Assembly: GCA_002269645.1 (NCBI GenBank)
Contig: NIVC01002232.1
Span: 124,001 to 188,000, forward strand
Reading direction: 5' to 3'
Source of the DNA: Macrostomum lignano
Taxonomy: Eukaryota
Length of the DNA stretch: 64,000 nucleotides
The position numbers and the translations under genes were made by a program. Below the pieces are notes generated by a model. That model was not told the DNA's origin and searched no databases. It saw only the letters and a program-made list of their open reading frames with translations. Below are positions 62,073 to 64,000 of this stretch, piece by piece (the first letter of the stretch is position 1; the number at the start of each line of letters is the position of its first letter).

Positions 62073-63258
62073 TTTTAGTTGAAAAATTTGCTGGTAGAAG
62101 CTGGGATTTGTAAAATGATCCAATGATTTCTTCTCCATTCTCATCCTCAATAATGTAGGTTATGGGATTGGAGTAAACTATTTTCTTTATCCTAAACACT
62201 TCTGAAATTTTCCAATATCCTCTTCGACCCTTTTCAAAGTGCTCCTTATATCTATAGATATGAACTTTGTCACCTACTTTGAAGTTTGGTTTCTCATTTG
62301 AATACTCGAAAGTTGGCTTTGGTACTCGCTCAGGATGTTTAGATGCTTCTGAAGGAGTTATCAGAATCTCAGAATGGATTGTGTTGTTGTATTTTTCAAC
62401 AATAGCTGGCAATGTGTGGAGCCACTTCTGATTACCCTGTAGATCAAATTCAAACCAGAGTTTATTTGTGAGAGTACGATTGAACCTCTCAATCATTGCA
62501 TTCTTGGACTCGCCATAAATTGAAAACATCTTGTTAATATATTCACCCCTTTCATCCTTCTTTCTAATGTTGTCTTTTGAAAACGAGTATAGCTTGTACA
62601 TATGCTGATTATAAAACTCCTTGCCTTCATCTACACAAAGTCTCTCTGATCGTCTTCCTGATTCCTTAAATACTTTTTGGAAAGCTTCTGCAACTTCCGC
62701 TCCCGTCTTTGTTTTCAAAGGAACTGCCCAGGCGTAACGTGTAAAACCATCTATGATAGTTAGAGCATATTTGTAACCTCTTTCGGGCGGTAGGATAATG
62801 ATATCTGCATGCCAAATTGTGTCTTTTGCATAGTGAATCATTTTTCTAAATACTCTTGGCTTTCGATATTCTTTATGCAATTTTACTGCATCTTCATAGC
62901 TAAGACCCTTACCATAAATTGTTAGACAGTCTATACAATTGTTGGGGTTGTGAGTATGAATGCCTAATCCAAACCGAACTTTAGCCTTGATAATACGCTT
63001 TACTAGATTTCGAATGAGTCTCTCTTTCACAGACAAGTCACTGGTTGGAATAGCATCTAAATCAGCTATCATTTTTTCATCAGCTATATGCTTCTTTGCT
63101 AGAGCTTCCTCTGGATTTGAAGAAGTGTTTTCAGCATCTCTATAGTTTTTGTCATGATAGTAAGCAGTCCAATCGATTGGGTTAATTGGTAGACTGTCAT
63201 ACCGAGGCCGGTCTGTAATTGGATTGAGTCTCTTGTCTAAATTTGTACCGGCAGTTGA
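62026..63258 (-). CDS. RVE (retroviral-like) integrase with an N-terminal parvovirus-type phospholipase A2-like domain in the same frame
   Basis: DDE motifs WHAD, IIDGFTRYAWAVPLK, CVDEGKEFYN and MIERFNRTL, and C-terminal PITYIIEDENGEEIIGSFY. The frame is open upstream of Met 63072 to about 63260: GTNLDKRL...LPINPIDWTAYYHDKNY...KHIADEKM...KAKVRFGLG. Confidence 0.85.
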   Translation of the reverse strand, partial: STAGTNLDKRLNPITDRPRYDSLPINPIDWTAYYHDKNYRDAENTSSNPEEALAKKHIADEKMIADLDAIPTSDLSVKERLIRNLVKRIIKAKVRFGLGIHTHNPNNCIDCLTIYGKGLSYEDAVKLHKEYRKPRVFRKMIHYAKDTIWHADIIILPPERGYKYALTIIDGFTRYAWAVPLKTKTGAEVAEAFQKVFKESGRRSERLCVDEGKEFYNQHMYKLYSFSKDNIRKKDERGEYINKMFSIYGESKNAMIERFNRTLTNKLWFEFDLQGNQKWLHTLPAIVEKYNNTIHSEILITPSEASKHPERVPKPTFEYSNEKPNFKVGDKVHIYRYKEHFEKGRRGYWKISEVFRIKKIVYSNPITYIIEDENGEEIIGSFYKSQLLPANFSTKNERLSNKLQTGERSD

Positions 63259-63398
63259 TCCTCAGTCTTTCGAAAGAGGCTGGACTTTATCTTAAGGCAT
63301 CATCAGGATTGACCAGATCCTTCAGCCCCACCTCCATAAAGTCTCTGAACCTTCTCCATATCCTTGTCAACTTTAATGGACGTACCATAGGTACTCGA

Positions 63399-63984
63399 TC
63401 AAAGATCGGACTTAGGAGCTTGGCTGCGGATTTCCACCATGTCCTCAAGCTTGTTACCGTTGGGAACAGGAATTACCTGTGTTCCTTCAGAAGATTTCTC
63501 AGCTGAAGTGGTACTTGAGGCTATTGAAGGAGTTCCCGCAATTTGAAGGTGTCGCCATTCACTAAGCACTTGTTTAACCTTGGTTATAATGTTTGTGTAT
63601 TTATCCCGATAAAGAAATTTCAATGCAAATTCTCCTGTTAAGGGTGATTCCATTGTCTAGTAAAATATTCTTAGGTTCGTTTGCAGTTTTATTGATGCAT
63701 ACATAAAACAACTGGTAGGTGGGATTAGACTTTTTATAGTCTAATAGTTTCCGATAGTTACTTTCACGACTTGAGGAATTGTCTGTGTTATCAGAAGATT
63801 TAAGCTCTAATGCAATCTTTCGCTCAACGTGAACCAGGTCAATCTTTTTTACCTTTTCGAATCCAAAATATTTTTCTGCTAAAACTTCATATAGTCTACC
63901 TAGTCTCATTTGAATAACTTTAATCTTGTGTGAAATTATTAGCTCTTCTTGAAATAAATCGCAAAGAATTTGGTCATACCCCAC
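63399..63984 (-). CDS. PD-(D/E)xK nuclease, Eco47II/Sau96I restriction-endonuclease-like; +1 frameshift at 63642-63644; the N-terminus may extend beyond the window
   Basis: MRLGRLYE...IDL......ALELKSSDNTDNSSS matches the G..HE / D / ExK-xxx-NTxNSSS signature recalled for Eco47II-family enzymes. Removing one C joins NGIT to LTGEFALKFLYRDKY. Confidence 0.55.
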
Positions 63985-64000
63985 CTTGTCGTCAATTGGT

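Larger units (their letters stand above)
54864..62080 (-). promoter_or_regulatory. Recurrent TAAA(A)(A)TG initiator motif at the start of nearly every Polinton gene
   Basis: Seen at the starts of ORFs 54871, 55637, 57048, 57476, 58275, 59007, 59783 (TAAATG), 61169, 61641 and 62072, and on the plus strand at 49317. Confidence 0.7.
47455..64000. mobile_element. Endogenous Polinton/Maverick (adintovirus-like) element; left end at 47455, right end outside the window
   Basis: Starts AGTAGTAGT, typical of Polinton termini. It carries dense, intronless, AT-rich ORFs for pPolB, RVE integrase, packaging ATPase, cysteine protease and major and minor capsid proteins. Confidence 0.92.

Noticed and set aside
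49820-63506. Short antisense ORFs overlapping the Polinton genes
   Set aside because: Shadow frames of real genes, without the TAAAAATG starts or recognisable motifs.
47455-64000. Bacterial or phage contamination, or a chimeric join
   Set aside because: The gene set (RVE integrase, A32-like ATPase, adenain, double-jelly-roll-type MCP) and the AGT-repeat terminus inside a host retroelement fit a eukaryotic Polinton integration. Read-level confirmation of the junction is still desirable.

Overview
Repeat-rich animal (metazoan) genomic DNA, not prokaryotic. The GC-rich, Ala-rich exons and minisatellite-filled introns resemble the flatworm Macrostomum lignano, but that assignment is an inference. 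Host content: a terminal exon of a plus-strand gene (about 1.7-2.0 kb), a minus-strand EGF plus transmembrane gene (8.6-10.3 kb), a minus-strand carnitine O-acetyltransferase (CRAT) gene with six coding exons found (32639 to 13839, ending in the PTS1 signal AKL), and a possible small two-exon gene at 38.5-39.7 kb. The 13.4-kb CRAT intron holds a 12.9-kb element with CCC termini and a 2-bp target-site duplication (TSD) (18902-31763, DUF4806-like gene). A 9.1-kb EnSpm/CACTA-like element (21946-31091; transposase plus BEN-like accessory gene) is nested inside it. From 45.1 kb a decayed Ty3/Gypsy element is cut off inside its RT by an endogenous Polinton/Maverick (adintovirus-like) element that starts at 47455 (AGTAGTAGT) and runs past the window end. 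This element encodes a Prim-Pol/D5 primase-helicase, a protein-primed-type PolB with an apparently degenerate exonuclease domain, a discoidin-type fibre, an adenain-like protease, minor and major capsid proteins, a packaging ATPase, a PLA2-like domain fused in frame to an RVE integrase, and an Eco47II-like restriction-endonuclease homologue. The Polinton is the most interesting system in the window. All family assignments come from motif recognition by eye; no database searches were run.
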